Below, one piece after another: positions 9,433 to 20,627 of a DNA stretch of 64,000 bases. The notes under the pieces are model-generated. The model was not told the origin of the DNA. It did not search any database and saw only the letters and a list, made by a program, of their open reading frames with translations. Every line of letters begins with the position of its first letter. Position 1 is the stretch's first letter. This DNA is from an uncultured Rikenellaceae bacterium. Its GTDB lineage: Bacteria; Bacteroidota; Bacteroidia; Bacteroidales; VadinHA17. The stretch covers positions 3,985 through 67,984 of the forward strand of contig CAYQRF010000001.1 of NCBI GenBank assembly GCA_964419775.1, written 5' to 3'. The translations under genes were made by a program, and so were the position numbers.

Positions 9433-10836
9433 ATGGAGCCAAAAACACTATTTGACAAGATATGGGACGCCCATGTAGTCCAATCTATTGAAAAGGGTCC
9501 CGACATACTTTACATCGACCAGCATTTTATACATGAGGTCACCAGCCCGCAGGCCTTCAATGGTCTCAGGAAAAGAGGCATCGAGGTGTTCAGGCCCGAA
9601 CGGACACTGGCCACCGCCGATCACAATATTCCCACACAGGACCAGGATAAGCCGATAAGGGATGAACTATCGAGGAACCAGGTCGACAGGCTTACAGAAA
9701 ACTGCCGCGATGCGGGCATAGAGTATTTCGGCCTTAATCATCCATCGAACGGTATTGTGCATGTAATCGGTCCGGAGATGGGTTATACACGGCCGGGAAT
9801 GACAATCGTATGCGGCGACAGTCACACCTCGACACACGGAGCCTTTGGTGCAGTGGCATTCGGCATTGGCACAAGCGAGGTCGAAATGGTGCTTGCAACC
9901 CAGTGTATCCTTCAGCCCAGGCCGAAAAAAATGAGGATAACCGTTAACGGCAAGCTGGGCAAAGGAGTCACGGCAAAGGATGTCATAATGTATATCATTT
10001 CCCATATCTCGACAAGCGGGGCAACCGGATATTTCGTGGAGTATGCCGGTCCCGTGATCAGGGATCTCAGTATGGAAGGAAGGATGACTGTCTGCAACAT
10101 GAGCATCGAGATGGGTGCCCGCGGCGGATTGATAGCTCCTGACGATACAACAATGAAATATCTGAAAGACCTCAGATCATTCGCGCCCGGATTTAACTGG
10201 GACGCCCTTCTTTCTGAGTGGAAGGAATTCCATAGCGATCCCGGAGCAGTCTTCGACCGTGAGCTTGAAATAAACGGGAGCCTGATCAGACCAATGATAA
10301 CTTTCGGTACAAATCCCGGGATGGGAATGGCAATTGATGATACCATTCCTGATACCGACAGCATAAGCGCCGATGATACGCCTTCATTCCTCAAATCGCT
10401 CGATTATATGGGATTTGTTCCCGGAATGAAACTCCTGGGACATCCGGTCGACTATGTCTTTGTCGGAAGCTGCACCAACGGCCGTATTGAGGACCTCAGG
10501 GATTTTGTCCGGATTGTGAAGGGACAAAAGAAAGCTCCGGGGATAACCGCCCTGATAGTACCGGGGTCAAAAGCCGTTGAAAAACAGGCGGTCAGTGAAG
10601 GTATGGACATCATACTGAAGAAAGCCGGATTTGAGCTGAGGCAGCCAGGATGCTCTTCATGCCTGGCCATGAATGAGGACAAGATCCCGGCAGGCAAGTA
10701 TGCAGTTTCAACCACCAACAGGAATTTTGAAGGCCGCCAGGGCCCTGGTTCCAGAACACTGCTTGCCAGTCCCCTCGTGGCAGCCGCTGCAGCCATTACG
10801 GGGAAAGTTACCGATCCGCGCGAATTTATCCGTTAG
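9433..10836 (+). CDS. leuC: 3-isopropylmalate dehydratase large subunit
   Basis: Aconitase-family motifs CGDSHT and [12 protein letters not shown]. Confidence 0.93.
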   Translation: MEPKTLFDKIWDAHVVQSIEKGPDILYIDQHFIHEVTSPQAFNGLRKRGIEVFRPERTLATADHNIPTQDQDKPIRDELSRNQVDRLTENCRDAGIEYFGLNHPSNGIVHVIGPEMGYTRPGMTIVCGDSHTSTHGAFGAVAFGIGTSEVEMVLATQCILQPRPKKMRITVNGKLGKGVTAKDVIMYIISHISTSGATGYFVEYAGPVIRDLSMEGRMTVCNMSIEMGARGGLIAPDDTTMKYLKDLRSFAPGFNWDALLSEWKEFHSDPGAVFDRELEINGSLIRPMITFGTNPGMGMAIDDTIPDTDSISADDTPSFLKSLDYMGFVPGMKLLGHPVDYVFVGSCTNGRIEDLRDFVRIVKGQKKAPGITALIVPGSKAVEKQAVSEGMDIILKKAGFELRQPGCSSCLAMNEDKIPAGKYAVSTTNRNFEGRQGPGSRTLLASPLVAAAAAITGKVTDPREFIR

Positions 10837-10857
10837 AACAATTTAAAGGAGATTAAA

Positions 10858-11475
10858 ATGCCAAAAGAAAAATTCACATTGCTCCAATCCACCTGTGTTC
10901 CTCTTCCCTTCGAGAACATCGATACCGATCAGATAATCCCTGCACGGTTCCTTAGCGCAACAACAAGGGAAGGATTCGGTGAAAACCTGTTCCGCGACTG
11001 GCGTTATGACAAGTCGGGACAAAAGAACAAGGATTTCATTCTCAACAACGACCGTTATGGCGGGAAGATCCTTGTGGCAGGAAAGAATTTCGGAAGCGGG
11101 TCCAGCAGGGAACATGCCGTTTGGGCTGTTTACGATTACGGGTTCAGGGCAGTGGTCTCGAGCTTTTTTGCCGACATATTCAGGAACAATTCTCTGAACA
11201 ACGGACTGCTTCCTGTAATTGTTCCCGAGAAATTTCTTGACAGACTGATGGATCTGGTACATGATAATCCAGATCAGCTTGTCAGGATAGACCTTGAAAA
11301 TCAGGCAATTTCAATAGTCCCCGATGGTGATTCAGTGCAATTTGAGATAAATCCATATAAAAAGGAATGTCTTCTGAAAGGACTTGACGACATAGACTAT
11401 CTTCTCTCAAAGAAGGATCTTATCACAGCATTTGAAAAAAATAAAAAGGCAAAATCTGAAGTAAATGAAAATTGA
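10858..11475 (+). CDS. leuD: 3-isopropylmalate dehydratase small subunit
   Basis: GKNFGSGSSREHA motif, positioned after leuC. Confidence 0.92.
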   Translation: MPKEKFTLLQSTCVPLPFENIDTDQIIPARFLSATTREGFGENLFRDWRYDKSGQKNKDFILNNDRYGGKILVAGKNFGSGSSREHAVWAVYDYGFRAVVSSFFADIFRNNSLNNGLLPVIVPEKFLDRLMDLVHDNPDQLVRIDLENQAISIVPDGDSVQFEINPYKKECLLKGLDDIDYLLSKKDLITAFEKNKKAKSEVNEN

Positions 11476-13024
11476 AATAATGGATACTACCCTCAGGGAT
11501 GGGGAGCAAATGCAGGGTATATCATATTCTCCGGTCGAGAAACTTCACATAGCAGCATTTTTATTAAAAGAAGTGAAAGTCGACCGGATAGAGGTTGCCT
11601 CGGCACGGGTCTCCTCCGGCGAGATTGAAGCTCTGAAAATGATCACCAGGTGGGCCCGGCGCAATGATTTCCTTAAAAAAGTCGAAGTTCTTGGATTTAT
11701 TGACAGGGATATTTCATTAAACTGGATACACGACGCCGGAGGAAAGGTTATCAACCTGCTCTGCAAAGGATCATTGAGACATCTCGAAAAACAGCTGCGG
11801 AAGACACCGGAACAGCATGTGAATGACATCAGAGGCATTATCGGAAGAGCTGAGCACCTTGACATGCAGGTTAATATATACCTGGAGGACTGGTCGAACG
11901 GGATGATCAGTTCAGAAGATTATGTGTTCTACATGCTTGATAACCTGAAGGATGACAGGATTGAAAGATTCATGCTGCCTGATACCCTTGGTATACTGAA
12001 TCCGGATCAGACATATGCCTTCTGCAGGAAAATGGTTGAAAGATATCCTTCACTTAATTTCGATTTCCATCCGCACAATGATTATGACCTTGCCGTGGCA
12101 AATATATATGCAGCAGTCAAGGCAGGCATCACTGGAGTACACACCACAATAAACGGGCTGGGAGAAAGGGCTGGTAATGCTCCGCTTTCAAGCGTTATTG
12201 GGGTACTTCATGATCAGCTTGGCGCCGAAACCCGGGTCAATGAATTTGAGATTACAAAGGCCAGCAAGATAGTTGAGACGTTCAGCGGGATCAGGGTACC
12301 CGTAAATAAGCCGGTAGTCGGAGAGAATGTTTTCACACAGACTTCAGGGGTTCATGCAGACGGTGATTCAAAGGACAACCTTTACTACAATAATCTCCTC
12401 CCTGAAAGATTCGGCAGGAAAAGGAAGTATGCCCTCGGAAAGCAATCGGGCAAAGCCACTATAAAAAAGAACCTTGAAGAATTCGGTCTCGATCTGGACT
12501 CTGAATCCCTGACAAAGGTGACGCAGCGCGTAATTGAACTTGGAGATAAAAAGGAGAATGTGACAACCGAGGATCTGCCCTTCATAATTTCAGATGTTCT
12601 GGGAAATGACCGGAGTGATTTCAAGATATTCATAAAAAACTATTCGCTTTCACTTTCATACGGTCTGAACCCATTTGCAAGTGTTCAGATCGAAATTGAC
12701 GGAAACCTTTACCAGGAGACCTCTTCCGGTGACGGTCAATATGACGCCTTCATGAAAGCTCTTAGGGTTATTTACGACAGGCTGGGTAAGGAACTTCCCG
12801 CGCTTACCGATTATGAAGTGTCAATACCTCCGGGAGGAAGAACGGATGCCCTTGTCGAGACTGTCATAACCTGGAATTTCAGAAACAGGGAATTCAGGAC
12901 AAAAGGGCTTGACGGCGACCAGACTGAATCGGCGATCAAGGCTACTGAGAAAATGCTTAATATTGTCGAGAACAACGAGATCAGGATTGGAGATACAAAA
13001 TATGTTAACAACCACAAAGAATAA
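11465..13024 (+). CDS. second IPMS-family enzyme, putative (R)-citramalate synthase
   Basis: [21 protein letters not shown] and a C-terminal regulatory domain. It is a paralogue of leuA in the same operon. The CimA assignment is an inference. Confidence 0.6.
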   Translation: MKIEIMDTTLRDGEQMQGISYSPVEKLHIAAFLLKEVKVDRIEVASARVSSGEIEALKMITRWARRNDFLKKVEVLGFIDRDISLNWIHDAGGKVINLLCKGSLRHLEKQLRKTPEQHVNDIRGIIGRAEHLDMQVNIYLEDWSNGMISSEDYVFYMLDNLKDDRIERFMLPDTLGILNPDQTYAFCRKMVERYPSLNFDFHPHNDYDLAVANIYAAVKAGITGVHTTINGLGERAGNAPLSSVIGVLHDQLGAETRVNEFEITKASKIVETFSGIRVPVNKPVVGENVFTQTSGVHADGDSKDNLYYNNLLPERFGRKRKYALGKQSGKATIKKNLEEFGLDLDSESLTKVTQRVIELGDKKENVTTEDLPFIISDVLGNDRSDFKIFIKNYSLSLSYGLNPFASVQIEIDGNLYQETSSGDGQYDAFMKALRVIYDRLGKELPALTDYEVSIPPGGRTDALVETVITWNFRNREFRTKGLDGDQTESAIKATEKMLNIVENNEIRIGDTKYVNNHKE

Positions 13025-13044
13025 TAATCTGAAACAATAACCGA

Positions 13045-14106
13045 ATGAACAGAACATACAATATTGCAACCATCCCCGGTGACGGTACAGGACCGGAAGT
13101 GGTGAGAGAAGGCAGGAAAGTGCTTGGCGCCGCCGCAATAAAATACGGATTTAAGCTCAATTTTGAGGAATTTGATTTCGGAGGCGACCGATATCTCAGG
13201 ACGGGAGAGATACTTCCAGATTCAGCCACTGAGGAACTCCGGAAATTTGACTCAATTTTTCTTGGGGCAATCGGTCATCCCGATGTGAAACCCGGAATTC
13301 TGGAAAAGGGGATTCTCCTCAGGCTGCGGTTTGAACTTGATCAGTATATTAATCTGAGACCGATAAAACTGTATCCCGGTGTTTCCACTCCTCTGAAAGA
13401 CAAGGGTCCCGAGGATATTGACTATGTAGTTGTAAGGGAAAACACCGGAGATGTCTACACCGGGAGTGGCGGGGTAACCATGAAGGGTACGGCACATGAG
13501 GTAGCAATGCAGAATATGGTTTACAACCGTTTTCTTGTCGACAGATGTCTGAGGTATGCTTTTGAATTTACAAGAAAAAGAAACAAGAGGAAGACGCTTG
13601 CCCTTTGCGGAAAGACAAATGTCCTGACATACGTTTTTGATCTCTGGGAAAGGGCATTTCATGAAATGGGACAAGCTGAATATCCGGATATAAAAAGGGA
13701 ATATTACCATGTCGATGCCACCTGCATGTGGATGATCAAGAACCCCGAATGGTTCGATGTAATTGTTACAACAAACATGTTCGGCGACATAATCACCGAT
13801 CTCGGAGCCATAACCCAGGGCGGAATGGGGATCGCAGCAGGAGGGAACATAAATCCTGAAGGCGTTTCGATGTTCGAGCCTATAGGCGGATCTGCACCGA
13901 AGTATACGGGAATGAATGTAATAAATCCGCTTGCAGCAATTGCCTGCGGAGGCATGATGCTGGAGCAGCTCGGTGAGGCCAAAGCAGCTCAGGCTATTGA
14001 GAATGCAATCATGGATGTGACGGCCAACAAGCTGAAAGATCTCGGCGCCGGTAAAATGGGATATTCGACCACCGAGGTTGGCGATCTGGTGGCAGAACGG
14101 GTTTAA
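13045..14106 (+). CDS. leuB: 3-isopropylmalate dehydrogenase
   Basis: NLRP and [12 protein letters not shown] motifs, 353 aa. Confidence 0.92.
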   Translation: MNRTYNIATIPGDGTGPEVVREGRKVLGAAAIKYGFKLNFEEFDFGGDRYLRTGEILPDSATEELRKFDSIFLGAIGHPDVKPGILEKGILLRLRFELDQYINLRPIKLYPGVSTPLKDKGPEDIDYVVVRENTGDVYTGSGGVTMKGTAHEVAMQNMVYNRFLVDRCLRYAFEFTRKRNKRKTLALCGKTNVLTYVFDLWERAFHEMGQAEYPDIKREYYHVDATCMWMIKNPEWFDVIVTTNMFGDIITDLGAITQGGMGIAAGGNINPEGVSMFEPIGGSAPKYTGMNVINPLAAIACGGMMLEQLGEAKAAQAIENAIMDVTANKLKDLGAGKMGYSTTEVGDLVAERV

Positions 14107-14128
14107 AGAGCGTATAGATTTTTAACGA

Positions 14129-14162
14129 ATTGATGATAATTATTAAAAAACCCGTATATTTG
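14129..14162 (+). promoter_or_regulatory. candidate promoter (-33 ATTG imperfect; -7 TATATTTG 14155-14162)
   Basis: Perfect TAnnTTTG box 19 nt before the leader ATG. The -33 box is imperfect, with 22-nt spacing. Confidence 0.45.
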
Positions 14163-14180
14163 CCTTCAGATTTTAAACAA

Positions 14181-14237
14181 ATGACATCAGTTAAATTACA
14201 TCATCACCATTTTTTCTCCTGCACTCAGGCGAAATGA
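14181..14237 (+). CDS. his leader peptide MTSVKLHHHHFFSCTQAK
   Basis: 18-codon ORF with four consecutive His codons (CAT CAT CAC CAT), followed by a terminator before hisG. Confidence 0.75.
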   Translation: MTSVKLHHHHFFSCTQAK

Positions 14238-14267
14238 AAGTGATATGTAACAGTATCAAAATATCAT

Positions 14268-14305
14268 AACCCGTCTGAGCATATCAGACGGGTTTTTATT
14301 TTTCC
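14268..14305 (+). terminator. attenuator terminator upstream of hisG
   Basis: AACCCGTCTGA-GCATA-TCAGACGGGTT forms a perfect 11 bp stem, followed by TTTTTATTTTT. Confidence 0.85.
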
Positions 14306-14337
14306 GGCGATATGCTCCGACAAAAAACCAAAATGAA

Positions 14338-15195
14338 ATGAACAGGCTGAAAATTGCCATCCAGAAAAAGGGAAGGCTTAGTGAAAACTCCCACAAACTG
14401 CTGCAGGAATGCGGAATCAAATTCTCAAACGGCACTGATGTCCTTAAAACCAGTGCTTCAAACTTCCCTGTCGACATTCTGTTTCTCAGGGATGATGACA
14501 TCCCCCAGTATGTCGAGCAACAGGTTGCCGATATTGGCATCCTGGGCGAAAACATAGTATTTGAAAAAAACAGGGACGTGGAAATACTTGAGCAGCTTGG
14601 ATTTGCCCAATGCCGGCTGAGCCTCGCAATCCCGAAAGAGGAGTCGTACACGGGTCCGGGATGGTTCATGAACAAAAAGGTGGCAACCAGCTATCCCAGG
14701 CTTCTCAACCTTTACCTGGCGGAGAATAATCTCACAGCCAGTACCGAAGAGATAAGCGGAAGCGTTGAAATTGCACCGGGGATAGGTCTGGCCGAAGCCG
14801 TTTGCGATATTGTCAGTTCCGGAAGCACCCTGATGACTAACGGACTAAAGGAGGTTGAAGTCCTTCTGAAAAGCCAGGCTGTTATAATAGCCAGCAGGAA
14901 CCTTGATCAGGATAAAAAGAATATCCTAGAGAAACTTCTGTTCAGGATCAGGTCGGTAAGGAACGCCAGGGAAAACAAGTACATACTACTAAATGCCCCG
15001 CTCGAATCGCTGCATGAGATATGTAAGATCCTTCCGGGAATGAAAAGTCCCACCATCCTTCCCCTCGAGGAAAAAGGCTGGTGCAGCATACACTCAGTAG
15101 TCAAGGAGGATGAATTCTGGGAAAGGATCGATCAGCTCAGGAATGCCGGAGCACAGGGTATTCTTGTGATACCAATTGAAAAAATGATTTTGTGA
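14338..15195 (+). CDS. hisG: ATP phosphoribosyltransferase (long form)
   Basis: 285 aa. DIVSSGSTLMTNGL motif, first gene of the his cluster. Confidence 0.9.
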   Translation: MNRLKIAIQKKGRLSENSHKLLQECGIKFSNGTDVLKTSASNFPVDILFLRDDDIPQYVEQQVADIGILGENIVFEKNRDVEILEQLGFAQCRLSLAIPKEESYTGPGWFMNKKVATSYPRLLNLYLAENNLTASTEEISGSVEIAPGIGLAEAVCDIVSSGSTLMTNGLKEVEVLLKSQAVIIASRNLDQDKKNILEKLLFRIRSVRNARENKYILLNAPLESLHEICKILPGMKSPTILPLEEKGWCSIHSVVKEDEFWERIDQLRNAGAQGILVIPIEKMIL

Positions 15196-16484
15196 TGCAG
15201 GTGATATCATACCCCGAAAGAAGCCGGTGGCAGGAACTATGCCGGCGTCCAGAGATCGACAGAATGGAACTCCGGATCAAAGTGGCTGAAATACTTGATT
15301 ATGTAAGGAAGGCCGGAGACAGGGCCCTGAGCGATCTGGCTGAGAAATTCGACGGAGTCAGACCAAAAGACCTGAAAGTGCCGGAATCGGAGATCGAAGC
15401 CTCATCCAACTTTGTAAATAAGGAACTTAAAGAGGCTATAGCTGTCGCTTTGGAAAACATAACCAAATTTCATTCGGCTCAGCTTCGTGAAGAACCGGTG
15501 ATTGAGACAACCAAAGGTGTGAGGTGCTGGAGAAAAAGTGTACCTATCGACCGTGTAGGGCTATACATCCCCGGAGGAACAGCTCCTCTCTTTTCAACTG
15601 TTCTGATGCTTGCCATCCCGGCACGTATTGCCGGATGCCCCGAGATCATACTGTGTACTCCCCCCGACAGGAACGGCAATATCAACCCCCTGATACTCTA
15701 CTCTGCAAGGATGGCAGGCGTGACTCAGATCTTTAAGGCCGGAGGGGCACAGGCAATTGCAGCAATGGCATTCGGAACCGAAACAATTCCTAAAGCCGGT
15801 AAGATATTTGGTCCGGGCAACCAGTATGTAACAATGGCAAAAGCTTTGGTCCAGCTTGAGGGCACGGCAATTGACATTCCGGCCGGTCCAAGTGAAGTGC
15901 TCATCATCGCAGATGGCGATTCCGAACCTTCCTTTGTCGCCTCCGATCTTCTTTCGCAGGCAGAGCATGGAACCGACAGCCAGGTTATACTCCTGACCGA
16001 TTCGAAAGAAATCACTGAGAAGGTGCTGGCCGAAACCCGGAAGCAGGCAATGCTCCTCCCAAGAAAGGATATCGCCCTGAGAGCCCTTGAAAACAGCCTT
16101 TCAATTCTTTTCAGTTCGGCTGATGAATGCATTGAGTTCAGCAATCTTTATGCTCCCGAGCACCTTATAATATCGACATCTGATCCTGACAGACTTGCAG
16201 AGAAAGTCACCACTGCCGGTTCGGTATTCCTTGGAAAATACAGCTGCGAGAGTGCAGGTGATTATGCATCAGGCACCAATCACACATTGCCTACTGCAGG
16301 ATTTGCACGAAGCCATGGCGGAGTATCGGCCGAATCGTTTGTGAAAAAAATAACATTCCAGGAAATCGATCCGGAAGGTATCCGGAAGCTGGGACCTGTG
16401 ATTGAAAAGATGGCAGAAGCGGAACAGCTTAAGGCACACGCCAATGCAGTAACCATAAGACTCAAATCTCTTGAAAATGATTGA
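15195..16484 (+). CDS. hisD: histidinol dehydrogenase
   Basis: QAEHG and ESAGDYASGTNHTLPT motifs. ATG 15195 overlaps the hisG TGA; the ORF-track start 15192 is GTG. Confidence 0.92.
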   Translation: MQVISYPERSRWQELCRRPEIDRMELRIKVAEILDYVRKAGDRALSDLAEKFDGVRPKDLKVPESEIEASSNFVNKELKEAIAVALENITKFHSAQLREEPVIETTKGVRCWRKSVPIDRVGLYIPGGTAPLFSTVLMLAIPARIAGCPEIILCTPPDRNGNINPLILYSARMAGVTQIFKAGGAQAIAAMAFGTETIPKAGKIFGPGNQYVTMAKALVQLEGTAIDIPAGPSEVLIIADGDSEPSFVASDLLSQAEHGTDSQVILLTDSKEITEKVLAETRKQAMLLPRKDIALRALENSLSILFSSADECIEFSNLYAPEHLIISTSDPDRLAEKVTTAGSVFLGKYSCESAGDYASGTNHTLPTAGFARSHGGVSAESFVKKITFQEIDPEGIRKLGPVIEKMAEAEQLKAHANAVTIRLKSLEND

Positions 16485-17508
16485 TATCGATACCCTTGTA
16501 AGGGAAAATGTGAAGACCCTCATCCCTTATTCATGCGCCAGAAATGAATTCACGGGGAGTGACGGAACCTTTCTCGATGCAAATGAGAATCCCTTCGGAA
16601 GCCTCAACAGGTATCCCGACCCTTACCAGAGAAAGCTCAAAGAAGGCATAAGCCGGATAAAAAACGTCCCTGAGAATTCAATCTTTCTCGGGAACGGCAG
16701 TGATGAAATAATTGATCTCTGCTTCAGGATATTCTGCAAACCGGGATCAGACAGCGCGCTGACCTTCTCTCCCACTTACGGCATGTACGAGGTGTCTGCG
16801 GCAATAAATGATGTACGACTGGTCAAGGTTCCCCTTGATGATGATTTTCATATCGATACCGGAAGTACCATGGAGGCTTTGAAGGATCCGTCACTCAAGC
16901 TGGTGATCATTTGTTCCCCCAACAATCCTACTGGAAACTCAATGAGAGCAGCAGATATCGAAATGATAATAAGGAATTTCAGGGGGATTGTCCTGATTGA
17001 TGAGGCTTACTGCGATTTTTCGGAGAAGGAGTCATTCAAAGGCATGATAGAAAAATGGCCAAACCTGATAGTCATGCAGACATTCAGCAAGGCAATGGGA
17101 ATGGCGGCAGCCAGGATCGGCATGGCGTTCATGAACCCTGTCCTTGTTGGATATTTCAATAAGATAAAGCCGCCGTACAATATCAGCACCATCAATCAGG
17201 TTGCAGCAGTGAAATGCCTTTCACGCTTCGAACTTGTAAAAACCAGGATCAGGCTTATTCTGAAAGAAAGGGAACGGCTTGCTCAAGCTCTTGAAAAAAT
17301 CACTATAATTGAAAAGGTGTTTCCGTCCGATTCCAATTTTCTCCTCGTCAGGACAGGTAACGCCGACAAGATATATTCGGAACTGATCGGCCGAAACATA
17401 ATTGTAAGGAACAGGAATCGTATTATTCCGGGATGCATCAGGATAACCGTGGGCACAAAAAAGGAAAACGACAGGCTTCTTGGTGCCCTGAGAAAAATCA
17501 GCATATGA
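16477..17508 (+). CDS. hisC: histidinol-phosphate aminotransferase
   Basis: PLP-lysine motif SKAMGMAAARIG. ATG 16477 is preferred over TTG 16471. Confidence 0.9.
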   Translation: MIDIDTLVRENVKTLIPYSCARNEFTGSDGTFLDANENPFGSLNRYPDPYQRKLKEGISRIKNVPENSIFLGNGSDEIIDLCFRIFCKPGSDSALTFSPTYGMYEVSAAINDVRLVKVPLDDDFHIDTGSTMEALKDPSLKLVIICSPNNPTGNSMRAADIEMIIRNFRGIVLIDEAYCDFSEKESFKGMIEKWPNLIVMQTFSKAMGMAAARIGMAFMNPVLVGYFNKIKPPYNISTINQVAAVKCLSRFELVKTRIRLILKERERLAQALEKITIIEKVFPSDSNFLLVRTGNADKIYSELIGRNIIVRNRNRIIPGCIRITVGTKKENDRLLGALRKISI

Positions 17509-18593
17509 AGAAAACATTGTTTATCGACAGGGACAGCACCATACTGGCGGAGCCTGCCAACGGACTCGCTGACAGCCTGGAGGATTTCAGGTTTCTCCCC
17601 GGGGCTATCAACTCCCTGTCAAGGATCGTTAAGGAGACAGACTACGAACTTGTTATGGTTACGAACCAGGACGGACTCGGAACAGAAGCCTTTCCTGAAG
17701 AGATGTTCTGGCCCTCACACAACAAGATGCTTCAGATACTGAAGGATGAAGGTGTCGTCTTTGCAGAAGTATTCATCGACCGCACCATGCCCGAAGAAAA
17801 AGCCCCCACCAGGAAACCCGGAACAGCAATGCTGACACGTTATCTGGCTCAGGGTATTGATCTGGCATCGTCTTTCGTAATAGGTGACAGGATCACCGAT
17901 CTTCAGATGGCGCAAAACCTGGGGTGCGGAGCGATATATTTCAACGAGACACCCGATTCGCTTGCCCTTTTCAATACAACCGACTGGAATGATATTTACA
18001 ATTTTCTGAAATACCGGCCCAGGCTTGCAACCGTCACCCGCTCAACGAAGGAGACCTCGATCGAACTTCAGGTTAATCTTGACGGTTCGGGGAAATGCAA
18101 TATCACCACCGGAATAGGCTTTTTCGATCATATGCTTGAGCAGATACCCAGGCACGGAGGCTTCGATATTACGCTGAGGGCCAAGGGAGATCTTAATGTT
18201 GACCAGCACCATACTATAGAAGATGTGGCAATTGCCCTGGGTGAAGGAATTCTGTCGGCTCTTGGAAGCAAGAAGGGAATTGAAAGATACGGTTATCTTC
18301 TGCCAATGGACGACTCGCTTGCCCAGACTGCAATTGATTTCGGAGGACGCCCCTGGTTCAGCTGGGATGTTCCCCTTTCAGGTCCGGCAGTAGGCGGCGT
18401 ACCCTCGGAAATGTTCTTTCACTTCTTCAAGTCGTTCAGCGACAGTGCAAAGTGCAACCTGAACATCATCGCAAGCGGCGATAATGACCACCACAAGGTT
18501 GAGGCTGTATTCAAATCATTTGCCAGAGCCGTAAAATCGGCGGTCCGAAAGACCGGAAATTACGACCTTCCATCAACCAAAGGCACCCTATGA
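17505..18593 (+). CDS. hisB: bifunctional histidinol-phosphatase / imidazoleglycerol-phosphate dehydratase
   Basis: HAD motif FIDRDSTI at the N-terminus and IGPD motifs (IEDVAIALG, GDNDHHKVEA). ATGA overlap with the hisC stop. The 17433 extension is rejected. Confidence 0.9.
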   Translation: MKKTLFIDRDSTILAEPANGLADSLEDFRFLPGAINSLSRIVKETDYELVMVTNQDGLGTEAFPEEMFWPSHNKMLQILKDEGVVFAEVFIDRTMPEEKAPTRKPGTAMLTRYLAQGIDLASSFVIGDRITDLQMAQNLGCGAIYFNETPDSLALFNTTDWNDIYNFLKYRPRLATVTRSTKETSIELQVNLDGSGKCNITTGIGFFDHMLEQIPRHGGFDITLRAKGDLNVDQHHTIEDVAIALGEGILSALGSKKGIERYGYLLPMDDSLAQTAIDFGGRPWFSWDVPLSGPAVGGVPSEMFFHFFKSFSDSAKCNLNIIASGDNDHHKVEAVFKSFARAVKSAVRKTGNYDLPSTKGTL

Positions 18594-19168
18594 TAGCACT
18601 TCTTAAATACAATGCCGGGAACATACAGTCGGTACAGAATGCGCTGACACACCTGGGATATGACTCCATCGTAACAGACGATAAGGAGGAACTTCTTGCA
18701 GCCGAAAAGGTCATCATTCCAGGGGTAGGTCAGGCACGAAGCGCAATGAAATACCTTGCAGAGAGAGAACTCGATAAACTCATTCTGTCGCTCAGGCAGC
18801 CGGTTCTCGGGATCTGCCTGGGACTACATCTGATGTGCCACTGGTCGGATGAAGGATCTGTAAAATGCCTCGGAATCTTTGACGCAGCGGTGAAGAAATT
18901 TCCGCCTTTCGACAAAGTGCCTCACATGGGATGGAACAATTTCTCGGCGCTTAAAGGAACCCTTTTCAGGGGCGTGACTGCCGATGAGGATGTATATTAT
19001 GTCCACAGTTACTATGCCGAGATTTCGGACTACACCCTTGCCATCTGCGACTACGTTCTGCCCTTCAGCGCTGCAATGCACAGGGATAATTTTTATGCCG
19101 TCCAGTTCCACCCCGAGAAATCGGCGGATACCGGTTCTAGGATACTAAGAAATTTCCTTGAGCTATGA
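18590..19168 (+). CDS. hisH: imidazole glycerol phosphate synthase, glutamine amidotransferase subunit
   Basis: GICLGLHLM (catalytic Cys) and VQFHPEKS. Confidence 0.92.
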   Translation: MIALLKYNAGNIQSVQNALTHLGYDSIVTDDKEELLAAEKVIIPGVGQARSAMKYLAERELDKLILSLRQPVLGICLGLHLMCHWSDEGSVKCLGIFDAAVKKFPPFDKVPHMGWNNFSALKGTLFRGVTADEDVYYVHSYYAEISDYTLAICDYVLPFSAAMHRDNFYAVQFHPEKSADTGSRILRNFLEL

Positions 19169-19878
19169 GGATAATAGTAGCTCTGGATATCATGGGAGGC
19201 AAGTGTGTAAGGCTTTCAAAGGGAGACTTCTCGACCAAAAAGGTTTACAGCAGCGATCCGCTTGAAGTAGCCCGCCAGGTAGGGGATCATGGTATTGAAT
19301 ATATTCATCTGGTCGACCTCGACGGAGCCAGGAACAAGCGCATCACCAATCTTGGAATCCTTGAAAAGATAGCATCGGCTACCTCCCTGAAAATTGACTT
19401 CGGGGGAGGCATCCGTTCCTCTGACGATCTGCAGAATGCTTTCAGCGCCGGTGCAAGCCAGGTCACATGCGGAAGCATATCGGTGACAAACAGGCCGCTG
19501 GTGCTTGAATGGCTCATGGAATGGGGAGAAGACAAAATTATCCTCGGAGCTGATTCGGTTAACCGGAATGTTGCCACAGAAGGATGGACTGAGAATTCCG
19601 GTTCGGATATTATCGGTTTCATAACATGGTACAGGGAAAGGGGATTCAAATTTGCAATCTGCACTGATATCGAGAAGGATGGCATGTTGCAGGGACCATC
19701 GACCGACCTGTACCGCGAGATTCTCGGAATACCCGGACTGAACCTGATTGCCAGCGGTGGAATAAGCTCCGTCGGTGACCTCGAAACACTGTCTGCTATC
19801 GGCTGTGAGGGAGCCATTGTAGGCAAAGCGCTTTACGAAGGAATTCTTGACCTTAAAGATATTGCCCGCTTATGCTGA
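19165..19878 (+). CDS. hisA: ProFAR isomerase
   Basis: VDLDGA and GGGIRS motifs plus operon position. Confidence 0.9.
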   Translation: MRIIVALDIMGGKCVRLSKGDFSTKKVYSSDPLEVARQVGDHGIEYIHLVDLDGARNKRITNLGILEKIASATSLKIDFGGGIRSSDDLQNAFSAGASQVTCGSISVTNRPLVLEWLMEWGEDKIILGADSVNRNVATEGWTENSGSDIIGFITWYRERGFKFAICTDIEKDGMLQGPSTDLYREILGIPGLNLIASGGISSVGDLETLSAIGCEGAIVGKALYEGILDLKDIARLC

Positions 19879-20627
19879 AGAAAAGAATAATACCGTGTCT
19901 CGACATAAAGGAAGGACGCACCGTCAAGGGTGTTAATTTCGTGGATATCCGCGATGCCGGCGATCCTGTGGAACTCGCAAAAAAATATGTGGAACAGCGT
20001 GCCGATGAACTTGTGTTCCTCGATATCACTGCAACTATCGAGAAAAGAAAAACCTTTGCTGAACTTGTCGGGAAGATAGCCGCTGAAATCAACCTGCCCT
20101 TCACAGTCGGCGGAGGCATATCAACCATCGATGATGCTGCCCTGCTCATCAGCGCCGGCGCTGATAAGGTCAGCATAAACACCTCTGCTTTCAAGAATCC
20201 GGGTCTGATAACAGAAATTGCCAGAAGGTTCGGAAGCCAGTGCGTCGTGGTGGCAATTGACACCAGGTTCACCGGCAGTGACTGGATGGTTTACATTGAT
20301 GCCGGGAACACTCCCACCCCGCTAAGGGCAGTTGACTGGGCAAAATGGGCTGAAAAACAGGGTGCAGGGGAAATACTGCTCACATCCATGAATGCCGACG
20401 GCACAAAAGCCGGATTCTCGATAGAAGTGACAAGGGAGGTAAGCAAGAGTGTCAACATTCCGGTTATTGCTTCAGGCGGTGCAGGTACCATGGACCATTT
20501 CAGGGAGGTGTTTGTAAAAACAAACTGCAGCGCAGCATTGGCTGCAAGCATCTTCCACTACGGGGAAATACCGATACCGGAACTTAAAGAGTATTTGTCA
20601 TCAAAAAACATAAATGTCAGACATTGA
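19872..20627 (+). CDS. hisF: imidazole glycerol phosphate synthase cyclase subunit
   Basis: [18 protein letters not shown] and ASGGAG motifs. Confidence 0.93.
   Translation: MLKKRIIPCLDIKEGRTVKGVNFVDIRDAGDPVELAKKYVEQRADELVFLDITATIEKRKTFAELVGKIAAEINLPFTVGGGISTIDDAALLISAGADKVSINTSAFKNPGLITEIARRFGSQCVVVAIDTRFTGSDWMVYIDAGNTPTPLRAVDWAKWAEKQGAGEILLTSMNADGTKAGFSIEVTREVSKSVNIPVIASGGAGTMDHFREVFVKTNCSAALAASIFHYGEIPIPELKEYLSSKNINVRH

Noticed and set aside
17433-17504. 24-codon N-terminal extension of hisB, with analogous extensions for the aminotransferase (22655) and TTG/GTG starts at 4190, 15192, 16471, 32496, 34915 and 52546
   Set aside because: The extensions lie inside the upstream genes or use rare start codons. 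Downstream ATGs give canonical N-termini or signal peptides and typical ATGA/TGATG coupling overlaps.
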